From Raillietiella orientalis (lineage: Eukaryota): a stretch of DNA of 64,000 nt. The translations under genes were made by a program, and so were the position numbers. Numbering within the stretch: the first letter of the stretch is position 1; the number at the start of each line of letters is the position of its first letter. The DNA lies in assembly GCA_036172245.1 (NCBI GenBank), contig JAYWIR010000002.1, positions 806,001 to 870,000 of the forward strand. Direction: 5' to 3'. The notes below the pieces were generated by a model. The model was not told the origin of the DNA and searched no databases. It saw only the letters and a program-made list of their open reading frames with translations. Positions 25,345 to 38,701 of the stretch are shown piece by piece.

Positions 25345-26679
25345 CTGAAAAAGTGATTGGCGCGATGGGATTCCCGAGCAGCTTTTTCCATCCTTTCGCC
25401 CTTCAAGAACACTTGAGGGGGAAGGACGCAGCCTGAGGCACTGGAGACAGCAAACCGACGGATCTGGTGGAGATCAGAGCTCATCCTGCCAATTGGCTTA
25501 CGTCTGTACGAGAGAGCGGAGGAGATGACCCGTATGCTTCCATATTCTGATCAAAATACTGGTAAGCGTGTTCACTTTCTTCGGCGTGACGGGCAACCAG
25601 GCGGCATGCAGAGAGGTTCAGGAAAAATGCTTCGGCTGTCCGGATGGAGAGAGACCTCTTGAGGTGCCCGTTGATGAGAATCCGCCACAACCAAACTCAG
25701 TTCCTTCGGCCACGTGTCCTCAACACGCACTGTCATGTAAGAAAAAAGCACATTGGGGATCCGCGCTTTCTGTATAAAGCATACCTCCTGGGACGCGCGA
25801 CCATGCATGCGCGTCGCCCATCTTCGGTGGTCACGCAGTTCATTCCTGTCGCGGACAGTGAGCTCCTTGGTTCTCACAAGAGTCATCTCCAGCTACCAGC
25901 ACTGCCCTAAACCTTTTTCGAGAACGACATGGTCAGTAAACCTAGGTCGCTCCTGGAAGGGAAAGGGTAGTCTGCATGAAGGCACCAATGCACGTGATAC
26001 CCGCGACGAGTCCTCCAGTGGTGGGAAATCGGAGGGCACTCTGATGAAAGTGGCACCTTGCCCTTCTTGGAAACGCTGCGAGGTGAATGCCCTTTGGGGC
26101 TCAAAATCCGGGTCTTCCTCAAGCCTTCCTCAATCATCAAGCCTTCCAGAAAGCACAAAGGACTTCAGTGAAGCATGCAAAATCGAACCTACCAAAGGCA
26201 TGAACAAGTGAATTGACGATTCCCTTGAGTGTAGAGAATCTTCTCCCGAAAAAAAATGGAAGGTACTGGCTTATGTATGTGTATTGGTGTGTGTATGCGT
26301 GTGTGTTTTTTCTCTTTTCCTCCAAACTGGCCCGGCAGGACCAAATTTCATTGTTTGTTCTGAGCCAATGAGCAGTACGATTATGCGAAGTTCCTCCGCG
26401 TCGAAATACGACAATTATGTGGAAGAATAACGTCTTCTCGTCTTCAGGGAACAGGAGGATCCCTGTTCCGTTTTTTTTCCCCCTCTCGCTCTGCGCGGGA
26501 GCTCGCCGCTGCGAAGGCAATCGACTGTTTCGGTTTCTGCGGTCCGCAGCGAGATACTCGGCAATTGAGGCTGCATCAGGGCGGGGAGCGTAGCCGGGAC
26601 GCAAGAGAGGGAGGCGGGAAAAACCGGGAACATTCGTGGATGGAACCTTCCTCCCTTCGCCATTCTGGTTCGACGAATT

Positions 26680-26680
26680 C

Positions 26681-26736
<56 letters not shown>

Positions 26737-26745
26737 TTTTTTTTT
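26680..26745 (+). repeat. Compound microsatellite (CTGT)n(CT)n(GT)n(T)n
   Basis: Directly visible. Confidence 0.9.
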
Positions 26746-27228
26746 CTTGTTCTTTTCTTTCTTTTACCATTTTAGAGAAAAAGTTGGCTCTGTTCGCTGT
26801 CACGCGCGAGGGAGCGGAGGTCCCCCGTCCCTTGAAGACAAGGAGAAGGTGCCGGGAAGAGCAGGTTCCGTTCTGGCACGGGGCGACGCCCCCGCAGCTC
26901 CAAGCCATTTCGCCCGCCCGAAAGGTCGCGAGACTCGACCCACCTTGCCATGTGGGTCTCGAGAGGGCACCCTGCGGACACGGCTGACGCGAGCGGAAGA
27001 GTGTTCTGGAAATGACCAGAACGCTCCTCCGCCCGGATCTCCCGCGATCTCCGAACAGCAGGAGTTCAGGATGCGCGCACTTGTTTGCTTTTCCTGCCTC
27101 TTCGAAATGATCCGCATGCTGAGAACCTATTCTTTGAGAGGATGGACCAAGAACCGATCCCCGAGGGTGGCAAAGCCGCTCGAGGGCCGGGAGGATTCCC
27201 TCGCGATCAAAACAGTCCGCGGGCGGCG

Positions 27229-27245
27229 TGCGCGCGCGCGCGCTC

Positions 27246-27313
<68 letters not shown>
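27229..27313 (+). repeat. Compound microsatellite (GC)n-(GA)n
   Basis: Directly visible. Confidence 0.95.
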
Positions 27314-27319
<6 letters not shown>

Positions 27320-30300
27320 TGAACCTGAGACCTGTGAGGTGGGAGGCGCCACCCCGAAAGACGCATGCGCGTCACTACGAAGGGGGGGAGGGGAGGAAAA
27401 AAAAAATTAGAGGAATCCGCTGCAGACAAATCTGACGAGGAGGAGGCGGAAAGCGCGCGCGCGGAAGCCAGAGCAAAGAGGAGGAGGGGAGAGAAGTGAA
27501 GAGGGGTGGGGGTGGGAAAGCGGAGAAGGATGGCTTCCGTCAGCGGGCTGCACTGCTCTTCTTTCGGCGCGCACGAGGGATGTGCTTTTCTCCCCCCCCT
27601 CTAAAAAAGGGAGAGCCCTTACTTACCGCCCCCCTCCCTCCACCCCTGGGAGGGCGTCCAGCTACGAAGGAGGAACATACGTGGACGATCTGAATCGGTG
27701 GAGGCAACCAAAGCGAGAATCCGACAGGGAGGACAGGTGAGCTCGGCTGCCCCCGTCTCGACCGGAGGATGTGCTGGGATGGAAGGGGAGAAAGGTGATG
27801 GCTAACGTCATGATCAAGGAGAATCATCGTCGGACGAAATTGGTGCTCGCACGCTCCCCCGGACGACGCCACCGGAGACGGTGGCATCTGATTCTGGAGG
27901 AGCTGTACCAGGCTTGCAGGACGGGGAGGAAGGGCTGTCGCATCACCCGCGGACAGTCCCCTTCTTTCTTTCATCTTCATCAGCGACGGGCGCTGGCGTT
28001 CTCTTCCGCGTCTCGCCATCGTTCTGACTGGAACGATTCCGGGAGGGAGTGCATCAGGGAGCGAAACTGTTTCGGGATGGCCGCGGAGGAAGCACCGACG
28101 GGAAAGGGGGACTCCCAGAGTGAAAGGAGGAAGGCGGGAACGCTCGGGATGACCGTGCGCGGCGGGGAGAAGGGTTAGAGACCCCGGAAGCCCGAGCACC
28201 GTGAAAGCAGGGAGTCGTCGTCGCCGCCATCTGGACGGACGCGTTTCAACCGTCCACTTGGGAAGGAGGGATCCGCGCGCCCTCTAGCGCACGGAAGCGC
28301 AAGCAGGCTGCTACGCTCCTGGTGCGGAGTGCGCGTTCTCCGTGAGACACTCGTGCGCTGTTATCCTTCGGAGGTCGGACCAGAGCGGGTCGGACTCGTG
28401 CCTGCAGAGCGGGTTGTCGGGCTGACCCGAGGCTGCGGTGGATATGCCTGCAGCGTCCCGGGCAATGAGGTTTCCCGAGAAGGGAACCGGGTGGGGAGTT
28501 CCTACCTAAGTATTCCCCCCCCCCCTCATGATAGTCCTCCAGAGAGGGGAGATTTGCCTGCCGTTGCTGTGCAGACCGAATGACGCCCCCCCTTGGAACG
28601 ACGAAAAGGGAGACAAAGAAAGGAAGAACGCAAAAGAGGAAGGAGAGTGAGACTTGCTCCACGGGATGCCTAATGCTGCTGCCATCTGATTGGCCTCTGC
28701 AGAAGGAAAGAAAAAAAAAGTCGGCGGAAAGAAAATTTCGTGAAGCACTGTCTGCTGTCCGTGGAAGCGGAACGCTCAAGGAATCATGGTCCCTGGAAAT
28801 GAAGTAACGTGCGGAGGACGCGCATGTGGGAAGGCAAAAAGTGCCCTCCAATCAGGAAGATGGAAGGAAGCGGCGCGCTGTAGATCAGCTGTGGCACGCC
28901 ATCAACCGGTCCTTATGAGGACTCATCTGTGCGCCTTCACTGAGGCACCGAAAGGAGGATCCCTTCGGTGCCACTGAGCGACTGAGTCTCGATCCTTGCT
29001 TCAGACGAGATCGCAGACTCCTCAGCTCCAAGTGATCAAAAGTAGCGCGCTCCTTTTCCTTCCCGGGTGACCTCGTTCTAGTTGACGCTCACCCTTCCCG
29101 GCTTATCGCAACCTCCAGAGTCGAAAACACAACTGCTGTCACTGTGATCTTCCCTCGTAGCGAGCGAGCCACAACCAGTCTCTCCCATGGATCGGAGAAA
29201 CAGTATGCAGAAGCGTACGCAACAGTGCTCTTGCAAGGAAAGGGTAGCTTTTAGATGCGCTTCATACACACCAGCGCTTCATGGGAACTCGAACTGAGGT
29301 CGGAGGCCACTGGTCATTCTCGCTCCGCAAGGACGAATAAGGTTCTCGCGGAGGAAGCGGAGGTGTTAGATCTCGGCAGATCTTTCCGGATCCGCATGCG
29401 AAACTAGGATGCGGTCCCGTGGTAGGTGGGAAGAAGAAAGGCCCGATCAAGCCATCCCTCCTCCGCCAGGGCAAGCCCGGACCAGGTCAGCATGCCCCCT
29501 TCGAAACTGGACAGCCGTCCTCACACCGGCGGCGCCTTCCGGGAGCGCCAGTTTCACCCGGTGATATTTCTTCATCGTGAAACGACAGAGTTCCTGACTC
29601 TGAAAGATCTTTCGTCCTTCGTGATGCAAGGCACTCTGCTGTGGATGATCTCCAAACAATCCATCGGATGCGCATAGAACTTGCATCTTTGAGTGCCACC
29701 GCCATCCACCATCCGGGACGGAAAACTTGTGAGCCTTCAAGGGAACAGATCCGTCCGTCATAGGATTCTCTCGAGCTGAAAGCAGCGAAACTTGTCTCCT
29801 ATCACCTCATGGACATCCGTTTGGTGGACCAGTGGGCACGATGGGAGGACTTCACTCCGAGAAGAGTTATCCACACATGGCATCCGTACGCCACCTGCAT
29901 CGAGAGGTATTTGTTTATACACCATGGGGTATCTTTAAGGGCTTCATCCTTTCTTGCATGCTTCCATTCGTTTATTTGATCTGAGCGCCGTGATTCTCAA
30001 TGCAATGTAGCAAATGAGCCTCCATCTACGGAGGATACCCGCAGGTAGGAACTTCCCATTCGGCTCCCTTCTCGGAAAGCCTCGCTGCCGGGAGCGCTGA
30101 GGGCAGACCTACTACAGCCCCGGATCACGTGGTTGAGTGCTTCCATGGAGGCACGGCACACAGGCAGCCACGTTCTTTCATCATCCTGCCGACGCCTCCG
30201 AACTTTCACGTTCGGGAGATGCGGCATTTCAGCTCATCCGTTCTCAAAGCAACTCGTGAGTCTCGTCTTTGTTGACCTGGTATCGGATGTCCCCGAGGTC

Positions 30301-33300
30301 GCCTCCTCACCGTTTCGAAGCGACCGGGAAGCTCCGCGTTCCCGTCCCAGAAGAGGCGAGCGAACACTCTGCTTCTGGGCGAAACTTCCCGGCTGAAAGC
30401 ATCGCGACGTTTTCGACCGGGGGCCACGGTGACTTCGAAACTTCGAGTCCATGAGAGAAAGCAGAAACGCAACTCGAGCTCGGAAAAAATCGCAACCCTC
30501 CCAACTTTGTTTCTCCATTGAGGTGTCCCTTCCAATCAGTTCGCCTGGATAACTCCACGGAAACTTGCGCCCAAAACGGTTGCTATGTAAACAAAGGAGG
30601 TGCCACCTCGAATCGTCGCTCCGTGTTCAACCCCACCTAAAAGTCTCTGGCAAGTGCCACCTCGACCTTGACTACCTCGTTCCCGTTGAGAATCGCGGAT
30701 CGTTCGCTTCCGACCGGTCGCATTCTCAGAAAGACTGCCACTTCCTTTGGCACGGGAGGCGGCGACGTTTTAGTTTGAAGATCTTTTTGGGTTCAGAACC
30801 GCGCCTTTCCCTCTTCCGTCTCCCAAGATTCCTTTTGGTGGATCGAAACGGAGTACTCAAACGTCTTGCTCTGGTGACAGCGCCTGGATTCGTGACCAAA
30901 GGAGTGCTGCCCGAACAGTCCGGACAACAGCGCCATCTCTCATCGAAATTCTCACCTCCGCATACACAAGCGCGCATAAACAGCCAACCTCAGAAAGAGA
31001 TGCTCTAATAACCCAGTGGACCATACAGAAGTTCTTCGACCCTGTTTTGGTTCCCATATTTTTTTGCTTTTTGTTTTCCCTACTGGGTTCATTATTGTCT
31101 GCTTGGCTCCCTGGGGATTTGGGAAACTGGCTCCGAAAATCTGAAGCGTTCTCCTGTGGCCCCGGATGCAACTGTTGTCCGTATCTCTGAGCTCCAATTT
31201 GCCATAATTCGGGAGTGCCCATGGGAAGTGGCTAAGAGCACGATGTAAGAAACCGGACTGCGTCCGGAAGAATAATTTCAAATTCTGCCGTTCGATCGTC
31301 CCAGCCGTTGCTGAAGGATCGTCCATGTTTCCTTTTTTAAATGCTGTTTCTTGAAGAGCACAGCGACATCCGGCAAAAGAATTTTTGTTTTCATTTTCAC
31401 TCGTGTTCGTGATTGGAAATTCGACTGCCATCGTTGGCAAAGCAGAATGATGAAGGAAAGCTGGCACCAGAAGTGTGTTGAAGGGCTGACGTCTTCTTGG
31501 AAGAGAACAGCTACATCGAGAGGTAAGTCGGATAACTACGTAGCTTCTTGACCATGGTTTGAAAACGTCAGCAGGACGCCATCGCAACACATTCCGGCTG
31601 GGACGCTCAGCGTGAGAGAGTGCTCGTTGGGAAACGTTTCCGAAAACCTTCTCTGTGATGCAGCTTCTCCATCTTCTCTTCACCGCTACAACAGTGGCAG
31701 ACACTTGGTAGACAATCTGTGAGAAATCCACTCTTTCGTTCGAGCGTCCTTGTGCATACACACAACGATGCTTCACACATGATATCTGAGGGAAGAACTT
31801 CACAGGTTTCACCACTCGGCTGCGGAGATCACAGTTTCTTCTCGATCTTTGGGAGCACATTCGTCAAGAATAAATGAGTCTCTAACCTCATCAAGAGGAA
31901 GTTCTTCTAGCGTCTGATCTTAGCGACGGCATGCAGTGGTTTGGGTGAGGAAAAATTTTCGATCTGCAAGGACGAGGACAGCTGGACGTTAACTGCTTAA
32001 CAGGCGAGCAGTTTCCTCAACACGACGCCTTCTTTCTTCCCTTTCGAGATTTCACTTCAGGCCACGGAGTTTATTCCATCCATACTCATTCAGTATGAGA
32101 ACGAGTTTGGTTTGGGAAGCAGCTTTTGCCAGCTGTCCAGTGTATCGACGCATCAAGCCTGATGCTGATCTGCATCAGAGGTGATGCGTAGGATACTGTC
32201 TTTGAAAACAGTTTCCCAAATGAGGAAGAGGTACTATTAAAATCTCATCAGGAGGAAGTCATCAGATTTTAATATTCGGTTTAATATCCATCAAGTTTTA
32301 GTACCCACTAAAACTTCTTCAACAAGCTTTTCCCAAGCATAAAGTGCTCTTGAAAACCACGATCTCTCATTGACAGCCATAAAAAAAAAAAAAAAACAGG
32401 AGGGAGAGAGAGACAAAACGACAGTTTTGAATCCGTCGATCTCTACGTGGTCTCGTGGAAAGACTCCGTGTTCATCCCGTTTCCCATTGGCAGTTCTTCC
32501 TGCCTTCACGTCAAGGCTGTTGCAAGACTGTCTGGGTATTTAGTAGTAGGAATTGAGAATTTAAGCCACGCCGGTTATCCTGCTGGACATCATGATGAAA
32601 AATTTAGATGGCAGGAGCCCATAAACCAATATGGAGCCCAGGGTTAAGCCGCGCGCACCACGGAATATGAGAGATTTTTTAAGGTCTCATTTCGCTGTCG
32701 TTAGCGAGAGCAGCTCACATAAGACTTCGGTTCGGGGCTGGACGGTCTCATAGGATGACATGCAGCTCGATTCAGATGCAAGAGGAGGGAACAGGGAATG
32801 TCAGTGTCACGCGCGAAGCGACGGTCGGACACACGAAGCACTTCTTGGATGAGTAGAGGATGTTTCTAAGCGGTAAGCAAAATTTTTTTTATTTCCTTTT
32901 CCCGACCGGTAGACCTGAAAGCAAGCATCTCCATCCTTATCTTCATGCCGTGCGACAACACGGAACCTACGTTCGCCTGTTTGTTTTCGGAAGCAACCAA
33001 AAAAACCAGCAGTTGACTAGTAAAAATCTCACAAATGAGCTGAAATTCCCGAGACGGACAAGACAGTCGCTGTTGTTTGGACACGAACTCATGAATCAAC
33101 AGCCTTCGAAAGCCGATTTCTTCATACGTTTAGCGAGATCTTGCACCTTTCGTTTTCGGATACATCTTCATCTCCATCGGAGGTCCAATTACGAGGAGCG
33201 ACACTCTGAGGCTGAAAGGTTTATTCGACAAGCGCACTTTCTACCTAATGCTGATAATGACGAGCATTCAGCCTTTAGGCGGCGCGGAATCACCGAACCT

Positions 33301-36300
33301 ATAATCCCTTTATAGACCGATAATAGGAGGAGCTCATGTAAGCTGCAAGAAAATTTGCACAGGAACGAATATGCTTTCTTCGGCCTTTCTTGCACTCGCG
33401 TCTGCCCTCCCGAAACTTTTAATTTATTGTGGTGCTCGGGACATTAGGCTCAGCCTTCGAGATTGAGAAATGGGAAATTCTGTGACGGACGAATAAATGT
33501 TGGGTCGATGACTGAGCCGAGAGGATTTTTCGTTTCCCACCCTTTTTGTACCTGTTTGCTGTTATGTCAGATCGTCTGATTCCTCAGCAGATAGCAGATT
33601 GCGCGCCCAAGCGAGCACCACAGGAAGGCCTGTGGGTCCGGAACAGCAGCGGCGTTCTCTTCCGAATGCGGAGACGCCGCAAGCGAAAGTGGCCACTCAC
33701 GCCGAGAGGATGTCGTGTTGACTGGACGACTCAGATGTCGGGTGACTCAGGAGTTGTGACCAGAATTCGCTGACCCTCGGCGACAGACCGAGCCAGAAAA
33801 AAAAATTCTTCTTCCTAGAGTTTTCGAAACTCTTTCCGATCAGGAAACCACCCGCGATTTCCCCTCTTTCTAGGCGAGCGGATGCCGACTGGAAGGCATC
33901 ATTCGGTTCAACAACGTCAAAACAGCACCAGGGATGCCCTCTTGCAACTCTTCCACGTTCGGCAGGGACGTCTGCCCTTCGTGTCGAGAGGTTATGAGGC
34001 AAGTTTCGCTTTGAGACACCCCGAAAAGTTCGTCTCATCCAGGCAACAAACTCGGGACGCACTTTCTGCGTCTTCCCTGCTAAAGCTGGTGCAGGGGAAA
34101 AACAAAAGGAAGAGCAAGGCATTTAGGATCTGCGACTCCTTTTAAAAGATATTAATCATGGGATCCGCGCTTCCAAAATTCCATCTCTCAGAGCCAGGAA
34201 TGTGATGAAGTGGTTGGAATGATTCATTGAGGTGACAACAGACCTCTTCGCAAAGAAATCATGAGGAGAAAACCCGAGTTGGTGTCTCTCTTGTAGATGC
34301 TCCAGTCTCCAAGGAAACTCCGGTCCAAAGTGTCTATTTTTGCTCACCAAAATGGCTGAACTTTCTTTCGCAACGCACGGAGCGAAAAGTGCATCTGAGT
34401 GAGCACTCGAGCTCTCTATCCGTAGCGTGGGTTACCACTTGTATCTGGTGTAAGTCACCAGTCCCGATTCTTCCACTCGTTATCTCGAGTGGAAACACCC
34501 ATTAAAAGCTAAAGTCGGTGCTGCTTGCGTTACTGAAAATCTCTGCCTGTACCTATCGGATCCCCCGAGAGTAAGAATCAAGAACCTGAGAATGTTCCAG
34601 AGTGTATTTGGTGGGAAAGTGTCACTTTAAGATTTCGAGTGTATCTGAGGGATGCTGCAATCTCGAATAGTGAATTTTTCGCGAAAATCCGGAACTCTCT
34701 AGCAAGTTGCCTTCCATGCACAATGGACAGCAGAGGACATAGCGTTTTCACTCCATCCAAGAAGGGTCTAATGTCTCGCCACTCGAAACAAGGCTGAAGG
34801 TTCTCAAGCCCTATCCTGGTATCTGTAAAGCTGCTGAAGTTGCTGGTGTCAATTCTGGATACCTAGGTGCTAATCTTTTTTTTCTGGATGGGATTCACTG
34901 AAAAACAAAGCTTCGGTGAGGCAGACTTGCTCGAGAGAATTTGAGCTTCTAGAGCTCAAACTTCATCTATTTTGAAACAGCAGTCTTTTTATTTCAAGAA
35001 TACTTCGAATTGAAAACCGACGAACTGCCCGATTGCTGGTTTTTCACCCCAATACTCATTCAGCTTCCTCTCGAACATTCTATAATCCGTTCTTTCCTCG
35101 TGTTCCGATCACATCTAGTCATTCTTATCTGTGATACGAGGAAGATGTGCTTGGTTCCTACGATGGAATTCTCGAAACACTGCAGCTCCTGTCAAAAGCT
35201 ACTGTCACCACGACTCCTATTAGAGAAGCGAATGCTGTCCTTAGTGACTGAGAGATGCTCTATAAGACAGAATGGTAGCCCACGATCGGTGATTCCGCTA
35301 TCAGTCCCACTTCCTTTGGTACTTCTCACAAATCAGGTGTTTGTTTTTTGAAGCGTGACATACTTCAGCTATTAAATTCCTTTTCTCTTTCTTTCTGGGT
35401 ATTGTAGGATCACGCGGCCCTCAGTAATTCTTCAGTTGTTGACTTTTTTCTTCAGAAACAGTCTCACTTCAAGTGCTTTGCTTCTTCAAGAGCTGAAAAG
35501 CTGAGAAGTTGAGCCTTGGCTAGGCAGATGCGCGAACTCAACTCGAAACTTTTGGTGCCACAAGTGAGGTCACTCTGTGCGTGCATTCCACCTTTTTGCA
35601 GTGCCGGGATCAGAAGAATTTTCTTTAGCTAGTTGGCGCGCGAGCACATTTCTTAATCCAGGAGAATTTTCCCTTCGTTGCTGCCAAATCGTTTTATGAT
35701 TTAAAAAATGGTTTTTTCGCCCTTCGTGCATCATTTGGGATGCTGATTTACATCTTTGCATCTCCCACAGAATTTCCCAGCAGCCCATCTGCAGGAAGAG
35801 CCTGTTGCCGTTTTCTCCGTGTATCATGTAACTGTTTGAGCTCTTCCTGTTTGTGCCCTCACCAGAGATCAAACGAGATCTCACAGAATTGGAGCTCCTA
35901 GAACAGTCGCCTCGCAACAGGCAGGGAAATTCCACCGAAGTGTACCTTGCTTCGTTGCTGCGCTTGAAGCCCAGTGGTCTGGGATCTCCTCAAGAGACAA
36001 TCCGAGCATGCATAGCACCGGCCATGCTGGAAGAAAAGGAATGTAGGAAAGAGGCAACGACAGAAGGCAAGAGGAAGTCTAATGGGACGTGAACAGAACT
36101 CTTTTCACATCTTTTGGATTTGCTGGAATGTGTGAAACCGAAAACGCAAGAACCCTCCAGAAAAGAAAGTTTGGGGTTCTGCTCAAAATCTAGGAAGCAT
36201 GTGGGAAGCTTAGAATACTTGTCGTGATGGCCAGGGAGATCGGAAAGGTACTGGACTTGCACTGAAAATCTAAAAAGCAGTAGACGCTAGCAAGTGGCCT

Positions 36301-38533
36301 CGTCTCCTTGCTAAACGAGAAGGAAGTTCCTGGATTAGAATCCAAACTCTAGAAAATGGCTGTTCATTCTAAGTAAAACATGGTTCCCAGTGGCGAGAAG
36401 GTGCAAGGATCAAACATAAAGATGAGGATCGAGAAACAGACTCCTATCCACTTGAAGACAAACGCGTCCTCTGGACGTGCCATCTGTAAAGTTGCAGTCA
36501 GAAGCGAAGGTTGCTGCGAAAGAGGGCAACAAGCAGTAAAGCCATCTCCGTTTCCGAGTAGAGAGTGGAGCCCCTCGATTATTCTTCTCGAGTGCGACGT
36601 CCACAATCGTTGCAGAACACGCGCGCATTGTTTTTATTTTTTTCTCTTTCTTTTTTTCTTGGATTCTTCCTTCCTGTTTTCTTTTCCGAAAGGTAGAGTA
36701 AGGGGAACCAGCATCTCCAGAACTGCACGCTTGAAAGTCCTATCGCTCCCTATCACGGTGGTATGGAAAGAAGGGGACAGAAGAAAAGGTCAACTCCAAA
36801 CCGAATGGGATCGATCGAAACTCCAGACAAAAGAATCGCTCCCTGGAGAGATTCGAGATTAATTGGAAGCACCTCAGTGAACTTTGAGGTCAAAAGCAAC
36901 CGGGATTAGTCAAAAGCAACAGTAATAAGAGCTCTTCACCTCGCCTCTTCCTGAGTTCGGCATAGCTGGAAGCTCATGCACCCTCCACATTCCTTCGTCT
37001 TTGATTATATCTTCCGCAAATCACCCCACCCCAAACACCCACTAAATAACCTTCCCTTCCTTTGTGTTCTACCCATTTCCTTCCCATCCCGCGTATTCGG
37101 ATGCTTCCAAGCGCCTCCGTCTATCTTCTCGACTCTTCAAATATTCCCCGCCATTTCTTCGCCAACTGTCTGTTTTTGTAAACCGCAGGCCCTTAAAAGG
37201 AATCTCTGCTTCCCAATTTTCAAAGCCTTCTGAAGATCCTTCTTCGAAAAAACCCCCAAGAGTTGATCTCTGGTTGCAAGAAACCCGCTCAAGAGCCATA
37301 GGAGCTCCACAAATTGGACACCTTGGTTACGACCACATTTTCTTCGATTCGGATGCAGATTTTTGTCTCACTTGCTACTCTTAGAAATTGCTTGAGAACC
37401 GCTGAACAGTCTACTGCCAGGTCGCCGGCATGAGTGGCAAGAGACTATCGGTGAGTCATCTCAAGTGGGTGTGCGTGTGGGATTGCGAAGACCGGTTGCA
37501 CTACCCAACCCTTCCCCACCTCCACTACAAAGGCGATTTTAGAGTGCCCCCTCCTCCAGGAAAAGTGATCTCGAAAGGGATCTGCACCTCACAACGCGGA
37601 TGCGATAGAAGGATGCTCAGAGGTCTTCTCCGTTACAGCTAGGTTTTGCAGGGAGGACCTTTGTTGGTCGTCGAGATGCAGCCCCGAGAGCCTCTCTAAT
37701 CTTTGGGAAAGAAGACTTCTGAGGAATTCATCCATTCACGCCTACCGCTTCCTTCAGCACCCTCCGAAAATATCCGAACACCCTGCTCCACGGCGAGGCG
37801 ACAAGATATCACTCGAAGGCTTGCAGCGACCGCCTCCAGCAAGCGCGCTCCTCTTAAGTGGACCAGTTTCTTCTGCCGTCTCGGCCCTGCAAGGAACTCG
37901 CTCATCCTTCGCACATGTCTGTCCGTCACCTTCTCACCAAGGCTAGCAACCTGCAGCGCAGAAATTGGGTGCGCACCAGCTCGGCGACTGCCGCCCCCTG
38001 CTACTGCTGCCTTTCGGTGAGCTCCAGCCGGCTACCGCGACGGCGAGGTGCGAGGCCTCCTCCGACCAATCAGGACTGAAGGAACCTGTAGGCTTCGTCA
38101 GTGGTCTGGAACCCCCGACCACGGACGGAAGTGGTTCTGAGCCCTCTATCCTCTCGTGACGACAGAGAACTCTCCCCTCCCCCAGGACGCTTACCAAGCA
38201 GAACCTCCAAAAAATGAAACCTGGGAGTTCTGCATTCTGAGTTTCTTATATATTTCGACTGCGACTCCACCCGCCGCGCACTCCAGCGCGCACGTGGCAC
38301 CAGCATATAGAGGGAGGTGGCAGCAACCTTTCTCGAGGCTGCCTCCGCCTGTGGCGCGTCTTCCGGCTCGAGCACAGGCAGCTGGCGCGTCTCGTTCCGA
38401 AGCCGGACCGATCTTCGCTCGCGAAGCGAGGGGTCCGGGCTGCTCCCCACAGCAGCTTTACTCCTCCCCTGGATATGAGCGCTCCCTATCCGGGACCGCT
38501 TTCCACGAAGCAGGCAGGGGGAAGAAGCGAGTC

Positions 38534-38701
38534 CTAGTTGGAGTCGACCGGCTGCTGCTGCTGCTGAGACGGCGGGAAATTCCGCGCCTCCGGGCTCTCG
38601 TCGGTCTGCTCGTCAGCGCTCACCGAGCTACCGTTGCTGGTGGCCAGCAGCTGCCTCGTCGTCATCCTGCGCCACTTGGCTCGAGCGTTTTGGAACCACA
38701 C
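38534..38701 (-). CDS. ap: ap paralog 2, terminal exon (VWFQNARAKWRRMTTRQLL...QQQQQPVDSN*)
   Basis: Acceptor CTCTTTTCAG|GTG, WFQN helix, TAG stop at 38534-38536. Too short for the ORF track; translated by hand. Confidence 0.92.
   Translation of the reverse strand: MWFQNARAKWRRMTTRQLLATSNGSSVSADEQTDESPEARNFPPSQQQQQPVDSN

Noticed and set aside
30952-31860. 302-aa minus-strand ORF
   Set aside because: No recognisable motifs or splice context; a decayed TE fragment cannot be excluded.
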